64,000 nucleotides of DNA from Piromyces finnis finn (lineage: Eukaryota; Fungi; Neocallimastigomycota), in assembly GCA_002104945.1 (NCBI GenBank), contig MCFH01000043.1, positions 414,763 through 478,762 on the forward strand. Direction: 5' to 3'. The notes below the pieces were generated by a model that ran no database searches, had not been told where the DNA came from, and saw nothing but the letters and a program-made list of their open reading frames with translations. Positions 26,743 to 40,183 of the stretch are shown one piece after another. Every line of letters begins with the position of its first letter. Positions within the stretch are counted from its first letter, which is position 1. A program made the position numbers and the translations under genes.

Positions 26743-26781
26743 AATTTTTGACAATCCTATATTATAGATGTGTCAAAAATT
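26743..26781. repeat. Short palindrome/hairpin with an 11-bp perfect stem and further inner pairing
   Basis: aatttttgaca-atcctatattatagatg-tgtcaaaaatt; the inner ctata/tatag also pairs. Confidence 0.55.
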
Positions 26782-27645
26782 TATTTTTAATATTTATTTC
26801 CTTTTTAAAAAAGCGGGTATCTCTTATGATAGTAATTTAAATTGAAATGCTTTTGTTGATACATTTTAAAAAATATTACCTTTCTTAGGTATAAAAAACT
26901 TTTTTAATATTAATTTAAAAGGTAGTTTTCATTTTTCATAATGTAATTTTTTTTTGCTTTGTTCTCTTGTTATTTCATTTTTTATGCATTTTTGATGTGG
27001 GTGATATTTTAACTTTTATTTTTACAGAATACATTAATATTCCATTTTTTTTTTACATTTACAGAAAATTTATAATGTAACATTTTTAATAGAATCAATG
27101 TATTTTAATATATTCTATAATATAATGAATTATATTATTTATATAAATTATCTAAATATAGACATTATATATAAAATATTTTTTGCACCACTCATAAAAT
27201 AAACTTTAAATACTAATTAATTAAAAATTAATTCAAAGAAAAGTAACGTTGTGCAAGTGACACATTAATTTATTCACGAGTACAAAAAAAAGTTAAAATA
27301 AATAGTAAAGTTGAAATGGTTCAAATGGACATTGGATGTTAAAATTAATATAAATTTACTAAAAATGACTTAATTAAATTTGTTATTGAAAATTTAAATT
27401 TAAGCAAAATGGTTTTAATTGAAATATGTATATTTATTATATATTATATTTCATGTTAAAGGCATTCGTTTTATAACAAGAAAAAAAAAATTAAAAAATA
27501 CATTCAATTAATGCCATATCATATTAAAGAAATCATGCATGGTAAATGCATTGATGTTTTTTTTCTTTAAGTTCATTTTTTGTATTTTTAATCTTAAAGC
27601 AATAATTCTACTAACAATAATAAAAATTACTTTTAAAATATTTCT

Positions 27646-27774
27646 TTTCAATATATTTACTAATCACTAGGTTCTTTTTTTTTTCATTTCAATATATTTA
27701 CTAATCACTAGGTTCTTTTTTTTTCATTTCAATATATTTACTAATCACTAGGTTCTTTTTTTTTCATTTCAATA
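27646..27774. repeat. Tandem repeat, three 40-41-bp units plus a partial unit
   Basis: Unit tttcaatatatttactaatcactaggttc(T9-10)ca at 27646, 27687 and 27727, then a partial copy at 27767. The units differ only in T-run length and have no spacers. Confidence 0.95.
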
Positions 27775-30700
27775 GAGACAATACAATTTAACCATTTAAT
27801 ATAATATATAGATTTTACAATTCTATAATTTCTATTTTAAAAATAGAGTTTTAAAATTTTTATGTCATAACTTTAACAACCTTTTTATATTAAAAATACT
27901 TTAATAATTGCCACATTTTTTTAAGGTTAGCATAATGAAATATTTATATATAGTTGAATCATAGGAATACTTATTAATACATATTATAATCCTATTCTAT
28001 TTTTTTTAAAAAATAAAAGTACATTTTTTAAAAAAAGATAAATCAGTCATTTAGGTTATTAAAGAAAAAATTTTATTTATATTTCATAATATTAAATATT
28101 TATTATTAATGAAGAGTTATTAAATTTTACTAGTAAAAATTAATAATATAGTGTATATATAATATATAATTCTTTTTTTTTTTTTTTTTTTTTTATTATT
28201 AGAAAAAAATTACTATGGTCAGTATTTGACTATTTTATCTCTCTGAATAATTTATTAATATTTTAATTGTACTATTAGAAAATAGATTTAATAATATTAT
28301 AATAAATTAGATTTTCAAATTTTATATTAAATGTGATATTTTTTAAAAATTCATTTAACATAATTTGTGTAACATCTAAAAAAGGTATAATTAAAATATT
28401 TTAAGTTATTAAAATTACTTTATTTGGTAAGATTTACTTCATTGCTATCAAATATGGTAATATTAAAAACTCCTATAATTTTTTAAAAAAAGTTTAATCA
28501 AATTACCAAATTTAGTAACAAACTTTTGCATTTGTAACAACTACCCACAATTAATAGATTTATAGTTAATATTACTAATCTAAAAATAATTTTATTATTA
28601 TAGAGTATTTGTGAATATAACCATATATTTTATTACAATAGAAAGAATACATTTCAATTTCAACATTGAATGAATTTATTTAGCATTTTTTAATTTTGTG
28701 GTAAAAAGGATCATTTATTTTGAAATTTATAAATTTGGATTAAAAATACTTTTAAAATTAATGTTCCATTTATTTTACAAATATATTTACATTATAATTC
28801 TGATATATTTATTTATAAAAAGACATAATATATTAAATATTTAAAATAAATATGTTCTATTGCTATTTTAATATACTTCAATATAGTAATTCTAAGTATA
28901 ATGATTTCTTTTTCTATAGATTTAATATTATTGATAGTAAATTAATTTCACCCAATCAACTGAGTATTCCATGTGCCACAACGACGCCTTGAATAAAATT
29001 TTTAAAAAAAGTTAAATACTATAAAGGATTATTCCTGTAGTTTTTTATATTAATAATATATTATTTCATCTAATAAATTAAAATTTATAATATAAACATA
29101 TTACAAGGTATTGTTTATAAATTAAAATAATAAATAATTTAATTAAAATAGTATATTAACTTTATAATGATTATATAAAGTACTATATAATATATATAAT
29201 TACCATTAAAATTTTTTCATAGGAAATTTTTATATATATAAATCTATTTTATATTTTCCACATAAAAATTAAGCTAAACTTATTTATATATTAATATATT
29301 AAATTACATAATATAGTTGAATCATAATATAGGAATAAATTAAAAATATTATAAATTAATATATTTATTTTAAATTAAACGGTAAATTTATAATAAAAAC
29401 ATACTTTTTTAAAATTTATCTATTATATTATTAAAATGTAACATTAAATTATTAATAATAAACTTTGTTAATATATTCATTCCTTTATTTTTTATATTAT
29501 TTAATATATTATGGATATTAATAGTAATTTAATTTATTTTAATAGTTGCGAACCACCAATTTATTGCATTCTATTTTATAGATGAAAAAAAATAAAAATT
29601 TATATTGATTTTTATAAGCAACTATATTTTAATATACTATATATTATATATTAAAATATATTATACAATATATTATGCAAGTACATAAAACTAAAAAAGA
29701 GTACAAACTTTTTATTAGTAATGTAACATGAAAATTTTATTTATCGTGGTTGTTTTTTCCTAACCTCCATTATTTATAAACATTATCTATATTAATTTTA
29801 GCGTTGTTTTTTTTTTTTATATTTTTTTAAATTGAATTATTGTAAAATAAATATTATAAAATAAGGTTAGACCAAACAACACAAAAATTTTATTTATTTT
29901 TTTTTTTGTCATAAAGAATACATATCTATTATTTTTTCTTTTTTTCTTTTCTTTTTTTTTTTTTCTTCTTCATTAATTATTTATTTGTATTGATAATTAT
30001 TAATAATAGTTTATAGTTTTTTTTATTATAAAAAAAAAAAGAGAATATAATAATAAAATTTAGAAAAGAAACACCAGAGTACTTTTTCTCTTTATTATTT
30101 TTAAACTATTAATAAAAAAATAATAAAAGTAGAAAAAAGGAAATATTTTACTTTTCCCTCTTTATTACACCTAAAAAAACAAGTATTTTTTTATAAAAAA
30201 ATTATTAAAAATTTTTATTAAAGTAACCATCCCATAATTTAGAGTATACTTTACTCTATCTTTTAAAAAGTTTAATATTTGTAATAACAGCACAATAATA
30301 TAAATCAAACTTTTTAATTTTTAGAGAAAGTAATAGAGATTAACGTAAATATCTATATTTTAATATTTTTATTTTTTATAAATCATTAAAAATGAAAAAA
30401 ATGTTAAAGGATTTAAGGATAAAAAAAAAATAATCAGGATAAAATATTTAAGAAAATACTAAAAAAAAAAAAAAAAAGAAATAATAGAATAGAATAAAAC
30501 TAGATGAAATAAAGAAAGTTAAAGAACAATAGCAAAAAAATAAAAATAGTATTAAAGAAAAGTAGTTTACTTATTTTTAGTTAGTTTGAAAAATAAAAAG
30601 TATATAAAGTCTTTTTTTAAATTTTAATTATTTTATAAAATAAAAAAAATAAAAGATTAAAAAATAAGAAAAGATAGTAATATTAATAAAAGGACGTTAT

Positions 30701-30885
30701 AGATAGAGCATTAATGAAATAACATAGTAGATAGTAATTATCAAATTAATATTAATATTCCTTAACTATGTATATAAATATTTGTAATATTTAATAACAG
30801 GCAATTAAGTTATAAAAAAAGTTTGATAAAAAAATAAATAATATAATTATATATATATAAAACTATCTTAAAAACATATAAAAAA

Positions 30886-33193
30886 ATGATTTCAGTTGCA
30901 AGAAAAGATGTTAATACTTTATCCTCAAATACTTTATCAAATAATTTATTAGATAATAATACCACCACAATGACTACAACCGAACAAAAAATAGAACCAT
31001 TTGCATACCAAACCAGTACCATTCCTGAGGTAAAGAATGATTTAAAAAAGGATGGTGAAAAGGATAGTGAAAGTGACATTAAACCAAATGTTAATAGAAA
31101 GAGAAGCAGAGCTACTCCAGAACAATTAGCCATTTTAGAAGCTACTTTTGAAAAGAATACTTCACCAAATAGCAAGCTTCGTGAAGTATTGGCAGAAAAA
31201 GTTCATATGTCTGAACGTTCTATTCAAATCTGGTTCCAAAACCGTCGTGCAAAGGTAAAGAATACTCAAAAGCGTAATCAACAAGCTGCTTTCCAAGACC
31301 AACTCTTTAAGAGTCAATTCTATTTACAATATCCAGGAGGTGGTATGTACGGAGGTTATCAACCATATAGTCAACCAATATATCAACCAGGAATGCCAGG
31401 AAAAATTATTAATCGTTCAAAGAGTATTGATGCTACCAATATGTATGGACAATCATTAAATACAGTACCAGAAGGTAGTATTGCTAATCCAATAATGGGA
31501 GGTATTGGCTATGCTACTGCTGGTCAAACGCACACTCACACTGTTCAAGAAATAGCTCCAGCACCAACATTAACTCCAAGTGTAGAAAAGAATTACTACA
31601 ACTTTACAAATAAGGCATTAGTTATTGGTACATGGAGAAGAATATTTATACCAGGAGAAAATGATAGTTTAAGATGTTGTTTCAGTATTGTTGATAAAAA
31701 AATTAGATGGATAATTAAGGAACAAAATATACGTTTCAAAGTAGTAAGTAAAAACATGAAATTATTTTAATTTTTTTTTTTTAATTTATTAAAAATTTAA
31801 AAATACGAATGGCGTTTTTATTATTTAATTTAAAAAATTTTTTTGATAATTATATTAAAAAAAAAAAAATGAATGTATTTTTGTCTGATTTTAAAATATG
31901 AATGGTGTTTTTATTAATTTTATTGAAGAAATACGGATTAATAATGATTGAAAAATTATGAATTATTCTTTTATTAATTTATTAAAAAAAAAAATATTAA
32001 TTTTATGTATATAGGAATTCCCATTCTCATCTATTGGTCAAATAGTATTGGAACCATACAATAATACCGTTAGTACTGGTAAATTATCAATTAATCTTAT
32101 TAAAAGCCCAACATTCTGGATGGAAACCAATGGTCCAACTAACCCAGTATGGAGTATGAGTGGTGATTTCACTGAAAATCAACAAGCATCAAAAGTTTAT
32201 AAACACGTTATTGAAGGTGATTATACTCATTTAAAGGTTGAAGTTTCATCTATTATTCGTAGTTCAATAGATTTACAACAACTTTGTCGTATCGTATCTC
32301 CATCTGAATTATTATATCAACAACAAACAAATCATTTCCAAAGACGTCAATCATGCCCAGCTGGTCTTATATTTAATCCAAATAATCAATATATGACTGG
32401 AGGTAGACGTTTATCTATTCCAGCCAATACCAGTCTCATGACGATACCACAAAATGTTGTTGTCTCTGGTGGTGTTCCAATGGTACAACCACAAATGATT
32501 GATACCACCTCTCAAATGCTTCAAAATGCAGCTGTAAATCCACTAGCTAAGCCATCTACTATTGGAAATACCTTTGTTACTGCTGCCGCTGCTGCCCAAC
32601 CTCTTGTTCAAAAGATGCAATTAACCTCACCTGTTCAACAAAGTACCGTCACAGCAGCAGGTGCTACAGATGCTCAATTACAAAGTGCTACTGCTGCTGT
32701 TGCTGTCACTCTTCCAACTTCAATAAATACTAATACTATTTCACTATCACCAACCGAAACCACAAAAACCACAATTCCAGTTGGAGCTAGTCCGGTTGCT
32801 CCATTAAATACTGCGACTGAGAATACTATCCAATCTGCTGTTCCAGCTGCTACCACAACATTAGCAAATACTAATGTTATTAGTCCATTAGCCTTAAATA
32901 GTACTGCATCTTCTCTAACTGCAACCAATAATCTTTCAACAGCACAATCCATTACTAAGAGTGGAGGCTTTATCATGGACAATTTAAATATAATGAATGG
33001 CGCTCAATTAGCTGATTCTTCAACGAACGTTTTAAACTTTATAAATACTGAAAGTACAGATAGTACCTTGGTTGATAATTCACTTACTTCCTTGGGAAGT
33101 AATTTATCTTTAACAGGTACAGATGCTTCAACCTTTGAATTAAATGGTTTTGACGAACAATTCATTTTAAATTTAGATAAAAACTTTATGTAA
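30886..33193 (+). CDS. Homeobox transcription factor, fungal Pho2/Phx1-like (about 678 aa)
   Basis: Exons 30886-31743 and 32015-33193 (donor GTAAGT, acceptor tatag) join as IRFKV|EFPFSSI. Homeodomain RKRSRATPEQLAILEATFEKNTSPNSKLREVLAEKVHMSERSIQIWFQNRRAKVK. The downstream block LVIGTWRR...F...IRWII..FKVEFPFSSI is typical of this fungal family. Confidence 0.92.
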
Positions 33194-36100
33194 ATAGGTG
33201 AATAATAATAAATATAGCCATCATCCTTTTTTTTTTTTATTTTAATTTAATTTTATTTTGATTACCCTTTGACATATAAATCATAAGAAAAAAAACATCA
33301 CAATCAACCTCTCCATGATCACCTCCACCCACTACCATTTCAAAATTAACAGGTGTCATTATTATAAATAATTACTATTATATAAATAAACTACAATTTC
33401 ATAAATATCTTTAAAATTTTCTTTAGTAAAAATAATTTTTTTAAAACAAAATTTATTAATTTAATATAATCAACAAATTACATCCATAATAATAATAATA
33501 TATATTTATTTTTTTTTTTTTAAAAAAAAAAGAACAGTAAAATCAAAAATTAATGCTATCCAACAACATTTTTTTTTTTTTAACAAAAAGAGAGAAAAGT
33601 ATTTATTTTTAAATGTAATTCAATAATAATAATAAAAGTATCTAATTAATTTATAAAAATTCAACCACTACCACAAGATTTTTTAAAAAAATCTTTATTT
33701 TTATATTTTATAATTAATACAACACCCATTGTAAAAATGTATTCTTTTAATAATTGAAAAAAAAAAAAAGTATTTTAAAATATATGTCAATTTATTTATT
33801 AATATGTATATTAAAAAATACTTTAACTTTTTATTTTTCTTTTTTTTTTTTTTTTATAATAGTAAAAAAATAATAATTAATAAAAAAAAATAAAAAAAAA
33901 AAAAAAAAAAAAATTAATACAATAGTGTGTATTCTAGTATTCTATATATTCTATTGAAACGTGTATTTTTTAAGATCTTTATAATAAATTCTGCCGGGGA
34001 CCAACAACACCACCATTGCTTGACCTGTAATTTTTTAAAATTCCCTGGTAAAAACCCTGATAGAATAAAATTAAAATTTATTCAGGTTATAATATAATAC
34101 ATTCTATGTGAGGTGTATTTTACAATGTTTTATATAAATAATTATTTTAATTCATGTCCAAAAAATAATGATTTTTATCATGATTACCTACTTGTTAAAA
34201 AATAAAGAAATTTTAAATATAAAAAAAAAAAAAAAACTTTAAAAAGTTTGATATTTTTATTTTTTTATTTGTTTTGTATTTTTGCATTTGCATTATAGGT
34301 CTTTTTAAACGATTAAAATTTTTTTTATTTATATATAAATGAGTTGTAGTTTTTTTCTTTCCTTTACTTTTTCTTATTATGAAAAGAATGAAACACTTTT
34401 GTTATAATGAAATAAAAAAAAAAAAAACTTAAAACTTCCCCCATTCCTAAAACTTTCCTATTACTTTTGGTGGTGGTGGTCAACAAAATGTGGTTACAAA
34501 ATTTTTTCTTTTTTCTTTTTGCCATATAAAAAAAAAAGAAATACAATTCATTTACATAATGTATACATTAAAACTTGTTTCTGTCCTGTGTGTAGTCTGT
34601 TGTCATATATAATTATAAATATATTAACAATACTATTGAGCCAATTGTAATTAAAAGGAGAATATTTATTATCATATATTTACTTTATTCATTTATTTAA
34701 TCTGTATATAAAATAAAGTTATCTATTATAATCTAATATATTAACCTTTGATAAAATAAACTATTATATATTAAAATAGTATTGCAATATATAGGTTCAA
34801 CATTTTATATACAGTTCATAGGGTTGATTTAAAAATCCTATTTAAATACTAATATATTTAAACTATATATTATTATTTATATCGATTTATATCTATTGAC
34901 AGCCATAATTATATTATCACATATATAATAGTACATATTTATTGGCTAGTCTTTATCAATCATCCCTTTATAAAATTTTATTATCAAAATTTTTTTGACA
35001 GTCTAAAGGATTAGAAGAAGAATTTCCTTTTTTAATTATAATTTTTTTAAAAAGTGATTTCTATCTGGATAATAAAAAAAAAAAAGAATTATCTTTTTTT
35101 ATCAGGTAAAAAGGTAAAAAAAAACGGTTTTAATCGTTGAAAGTGGTGGTAAGTAAATTTGAAAATTTATAAAAAAATTGTTTTTTTTTTTCTTTAAAAA
35201 AACTCATTTTAAAAAAGAATTTTAAATATTAGTTTCCATTTAATCTTAAAAAATTTAAAAAAAAATTTAATTTTTAAAATTTAAAAAAAAAAAAAAATTA
35301 AAAATTATTAAAAATTTATTTTAATTATTAAATCATTTTTTTTTATTATTAATAAAATTTCAATGGATATAAATAATATAAATATATAATTATTTGTGCT
35401 TTTTTTTTTTTTTTTTTTTTTTTATTTTATTATATTTCTAAAATAATTAATTATTATTTAAAAATAATAGTTTTTTTTTAATTTATTTAATGTTATTCCT
35501 ATAAAAGTTTCAATGATAATAATATAAGAAGAAGGGTTGTTTCTCTAACCTATAAAATATATAAAAGGTAAATATAAATAATATTATTTTTATTATTACT
35601 CTTAATAAAATTCAATTCGATATATCAAAAAATATTATATATAATATCATAACAGTTATCGTTTTATTAAAATAGCATAATTTCTTTAAAACAATCATTA
35701 TATAATAAAATATTTATATATATTATAAATTTATTATCGTTATTATTATTATATTATTATAATAAATTATTTTTATTTTTTTTATAATGAGAAAAAAAAA
35801 AATAAAAGATATCAAATAAACTTACCCCTTTTTTTATATATATTTAAATATAGGAAATATATAATATCATGAAAATATCATAATAATAAATTATTTTTTT
35901 TAAAAAAAAAAAAAAAAAAACAAAAACAAATATGCAAAAGAATACCATATTATTGAAAGAAAAAAGAATTTAATTTCAACTGAAATTTAATAAATATCTA
36001 TTAAGCAAAATACCATTCTATTTATTTAAATATATTATCGATACAACTATTTTAATATAATTTAAAAAATAAATATACAATAATATATAAAAATTATTTA

Positions 36101-36218
36101 TTAATATTGAAAACCTTCCCATACCTATTTAATATTTATTATCCAAAAAAAAGAGATAAACTTAATTTAAAAGCAATCTAAAAAAAACTTTTTAAAAATC
36201 ATAAAATAATCAATACTC

Positions 36219-36325
36219 TATAAAATAATCGATATTTTTTTTTAAAACAAATTTAAATATATAATACATAATATTATAAAATAATCAATATTTTTTTTTA
36301 AAAAACAAATTTAAATATATAATAC
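36219..36325. repeat. Imperfect 56-bp-period tandem duplication just upstream of the F-box gene ATG
   Basis: tataaaataatc[g/a]ata(T9)aaaacaaatttaaatatataatac at 36219-36267 and 36275-36325. Confidence 0.8.
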
Positions 36326-36346
36326 TTAATATAATACTAAAGAAAA

Positions 36347-37141
36347 ATGTCTTCCAGTACTACTACAAGTTGTGATCCTTTTGAAGTTTTAAATGTTAGG
36401 ATTAAGGGTGCTCCACGTACCTATACCATTATTCATCATATTCTTTATGAATTTACCCCACGTGAACTTGCTAAATTAGAAAGAGTTAGTAAAAGTTGGA
36501 ATAAATTTATTAATTCAGATACCGAACTTTGGTGGAATAAATGGATGACTTTAGTATGGGGTCAAAAGAATATAGTTGGTGCCTCCCCAGCTCCAAAATT
36601 ATCAGAAGCTAATTTAAAAGATTTAGCTCATCTTCAAAGCCAATTAACATTCTCTGAATTAAATTCCTCCTCCACTTTAAATCTTTCAGATACCGATGCT
36701 ATTAGTGATAGCATGAGTTATAGTAGTTCTGTTATCACTTTAACTGATGTTTCTACTTGTGGAGAAAGTAACAGTATTGCTAAGAAAGCTAATAGTGTTT
36801 GTTCATTAAATACATCAAAAAAGATTTCAAGATCGGAAAAGAAGAGAGGTACAAAGGTTTGGAAGAAACTTACAATTGAAGAATACCGTAAACAAGAAGT
36901 TCGTAATGTATTTGTTACCTCTGATAATGAAGAATCTGATTCAGACAATACTGTTATAAATCAAGATAAAACATCCTCTTCTACTAGTAATGTTAGAGGA
37001 AAATTAACAACAGAAGAAAAAATTCAAGCTAGAGCTATGTATAAGAGTAATAGAGCTAAACCAAAATCTAAAAATTCATGGAGAACTTCATCTAATGTTT
37101 CAAAGGAATGGATGGCCTTTGAAGATTATTATAATGAGTAA
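36347..37141 (+). CDS. Intronless F-box-domain protein (264 aa)
   Basis: F-box-like segment PRTYTIIHHILYEFTPRELAKLERVSKSWNKFINSDTELWWNKW, then a Ser-rich region and a basic C-terminal tail. Confidence 0.7.
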   Translation: MSSSTTTSCDPFEVLNVRIKGAPRTYTIIHHILYEFTPRELAKLERVSKSWNKFINSDTELWWNKWMTLVWGQKNIVGASPAPKLSEANLKDLAHLQSQLTFSELNSSSTLNLSDTDAISDSMSYSSSVITLTDVSTCGESNSIAKKANSVCSLNTSKKISRSEKKRGTKVWKKLTIEEYRKQEVRNVFVTSDNEESDSDNTVINQDKTSSSTSNVRGKLTTEEKIQARAMYKSNRAKPKSKNSWRTSSNVSKEWMAFEDYYNE

Positions 37142-38429
37142 AAAAAAAAAAGGCATTTAGGAATTTATTTTTTCTTTTACCTTTTTAAAAAAATATTATC
37201 AACATATATAGTTTTTTTTTTTTTTTTTTTTAGTATATATAATAGATAAATTAATTATACTTTAAAATTATAGAGAATATATTATATAGTATAATGATTA
37301 ATTAGCACATAATTTTGAAAATTATGAAAAAAAAAAAGAGTAAATATTTTTTATCAACATTTTTTATTCATCATCCTTCTTTTTTATATATATAAATTAA
37401 TTTAATACAATGAATATAGGAATTTTTTTTTTTTTTAAAAAAAACAAAACAAAACAAAATAATTTTATTAATAATAATTCATTTTTTCATTTTCTTAAAA
37501 TTTATAATTATTCATAATTTAATCTCATTTCCCTATAAATAAAATAAAAATGAATTCTTTATTATTTCAAAAACAAAGAAATATTAAATTTAAATGATCA
37601 TCTATAAGAATGGAAAAGTTTTTTATTTTTGTAAAGAAAGAAAGAAAGAAAGAAAAAAAAAGAACAAATCCTTTGTGTAAAAAACTATACTAAATTTAGC
37701 GCCTTAAATGAAAAATTCTTTTCCTTTAAAAAAAAAAATTAACAATAAAAAGTTTTTTTTTGTGTGTTGTTATGTTTCTGATTAAGATTAAAATCTTTAC
37801 CAGTAAGGACTCTGGCCAAAAAAACCAAAAAAAAAATTAGAATATTTAGTAATTCATTATTGCAAACATAGCTAATGTCTTGTTGAAATGCCCTAATAAC
37901 AATTGTTAATAATAATTGTTAATATTAATTGTTAATAATAAATGATAATTATATAAACATGATATTTATATCTTTTTTTTTTTTTCATATAAAAACATTC
38001 TCATAATGAATATAAAATTTATATTAAAAAAAATTTTTTTTTTTCTTTTTTATAAAATTTGTTGTCCCATTGTCCATACCTATAAATTATATAATAATTG
38101 ACAAAAATATATTTTATCTTTTATAAAAGTAAAGTTCAATAATAATAATAATAATATTAAATAAAAGTTATGGTTAATAGAAAATAAAAAAAGTAACTAT
38201 TTCTAAAAGATAATTATAGTTTTAAAAGTATATCAAAAATTAATTCCGACTCTTTTTTTTTTATTATTATTATAATTTTTTGAAATTAAACCTAATCAAC
38301 AATCTATAATCCTAAAATAATAGTTTAAAATTCTTTTTTTAACTTTATCGAAAATATTTATTTATTTATTATTTCGATTCTCTCTTCAACCACTGCTTAT
38401 ACGTTATTTGTTATTAAAATAATAAGAAA

Positions 38430-40183
38430 ATGCAAACTTCAGTGAATTATCAACCACAATATTCTCAATATGAAATTAAACCAATTCCTGTTTATCCGTA
38501 TTCTTTAAATCTTTATATGAATTATCCTCAGGAAGATATTGAAATTAATGAATTTGAAATATTTGGTTTAGATCGTCTTAAACTTTTAAAAGAAATTGAA
38601 AATCATCAAATACGAAGTACTGTTCCTTTAAATGAAAATACCAAACTTCTTGATGTTATTAAAAATAATACTTATATTAATTTAAAGGAAAATTCATCAA
38701 CCTATTCTAGTGTTAAAGAAAAATATGAAGAAAGAAGAAAAGATTATTTAAGTCATTATATTTTAAAACTTGCTTATTGTCAAACAGAAGATTTAAGAGA
38801 TTGGTTTATAAAGCAAGAATGTATTCTTTTTCAGATTCGTTGGAATAATTCATCAAAAAGTGAAAAACAAGGATTTGTTCAAAGTTTAAATTTAAATTTA
38901 GAAAATGTTAGTATGAAAGAAAAGGAAAAATTGAGAGATAAATTGGAAACATTAATTTCACTTAAAAGCAATGTTAAAAATGGGGAAGAACTCTCTAGAT
39001 TATTTAGCAATAAAAACTATTTCAAGGTATTGTATAGTACAATTATATTTAATTAAAAAAAAATAAAAAAAAAAAAAAAAAAAAATTAAGATAATAAATA
39101 AATATAATGTATATATTTATTGTTAATTTAAAAAATAAATTCAAAAGTATATTATGAATAAAAATTAAAAAAAAAAAAAAGTAATAATAACACATGATTA
39201 GCAATAAATATAATGGAATGAATAAAATTATGATTAATGAATATTAATGTATATAGAATTAATGCTTTATATCTATTTATTACGTATAACCATACAATTA
39301 GATTAATTTTGAAGAAGTATTAGACCTTGTTCAAAGTCGTTCAGTCCTGATAAAGAATGGTTTAGCTTATGTTCCAGATGAAGAAATTATATCTGTTATT
39401 ATCAGTAAATATAAATCATTTTTGACAGAATCCATGGAATATTTATCTTCTATATATAATAAATTGTTAAAGGAAGATAATGATAGATTAGATCCAATTT
39501 TAAAGAATATAGCTAATCAATATATTGATGAAGGATATACTGCAGGTAATAATGGTGTTATTAACCATCAAGATATACCAAATCTAACAAAATATTTCCC
39601 ATTATGTATGCAAAACTTACAAAAAAGTTTACAAATGGAAAGTCACTTGAGACATGGTGGTAGAATGCAATATGGTTTATTCTTAAAGGGTATTGGTGTA
39701 TCCCTGGAGGAATCTTTATTATTTTGGAAAAAAGCTTTTTCAAAAAAATTCAATGATGATCAATTCCAAAAAGGTTATGCCTATAATATTCGTCACAGTT
39801 ATGGTATGGAAGGAAAGAGAACAAATTATTCTCCTTTCAGTTGTTCAAAGATTATTATGACAAATCCTCCATCTACAGGAGATCATCATGGTTGTCCATT
39901 TAGACATGCATCAACCACAGTACTAGAAAAAATGTTATATCAAACAGGTATAAATAAAAATCATGTTCCAGAGATTTGTAGTCTTGCAAAATTGGGACAT
40001 TATCAATTAGCCTGTACCAAAATGTTAACTATTTTTACAAATGCTAATGAAGAAGAAGTAGAAAATGTGATCCATCCAAATAGATACTTTGATCAATCCT
40101 ACCCTGAAAGTGAATACAATAAAAATAAAAAACAGTCATCAAATACAATGGATACCCAAAAGACTGTTAGTATGGAATTTTAA
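38430..40183 (+). CDS. PRI2: DNA primase large (4Fe-4S) subunit PriL/Pri2 (about 492 aa)
   Basis: Exons 38430-39026 and 39302-40183. Motifs EFEIFGLDRLKLLKEIE, DYLSHYILKLAYC, LAYVP, FPLCM, HLRHGGRMQYGLFLKGIG, YNIRHSYGMEGKRTNYSPFSCSKII, DHHGCPF and YQLAC (four Fe-S cysteines). Confidence 0.97.

Noticed and set aside
27646-27774. Possible CRISPR-like array
   Set aside because: The repeats abut with no unique spacers, the context is eukaryotic, and there are no cas genes.
28300-28560. Slightly GC-richer stretch with LRR-like fragments on the minus strand (NLKYFNYTF)
   Set aside because: Multiple stops and no consistent splice sites; cannot support a pseudogene call without alignment.
33990-34070. 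GC-rich island that might be an snRNA or snoRNA
   Set aside because: No match to remembered U1/U2/U5/U6 or C/D box hallmarks; needs an Infernal/Rfam search.
37790-37830. Sequence faintly like the U5 snRNA stem (aaatcttt/aaagattt)
   Set aside because: The invariant loop GCCTTTTAC and the paired stem are absent.
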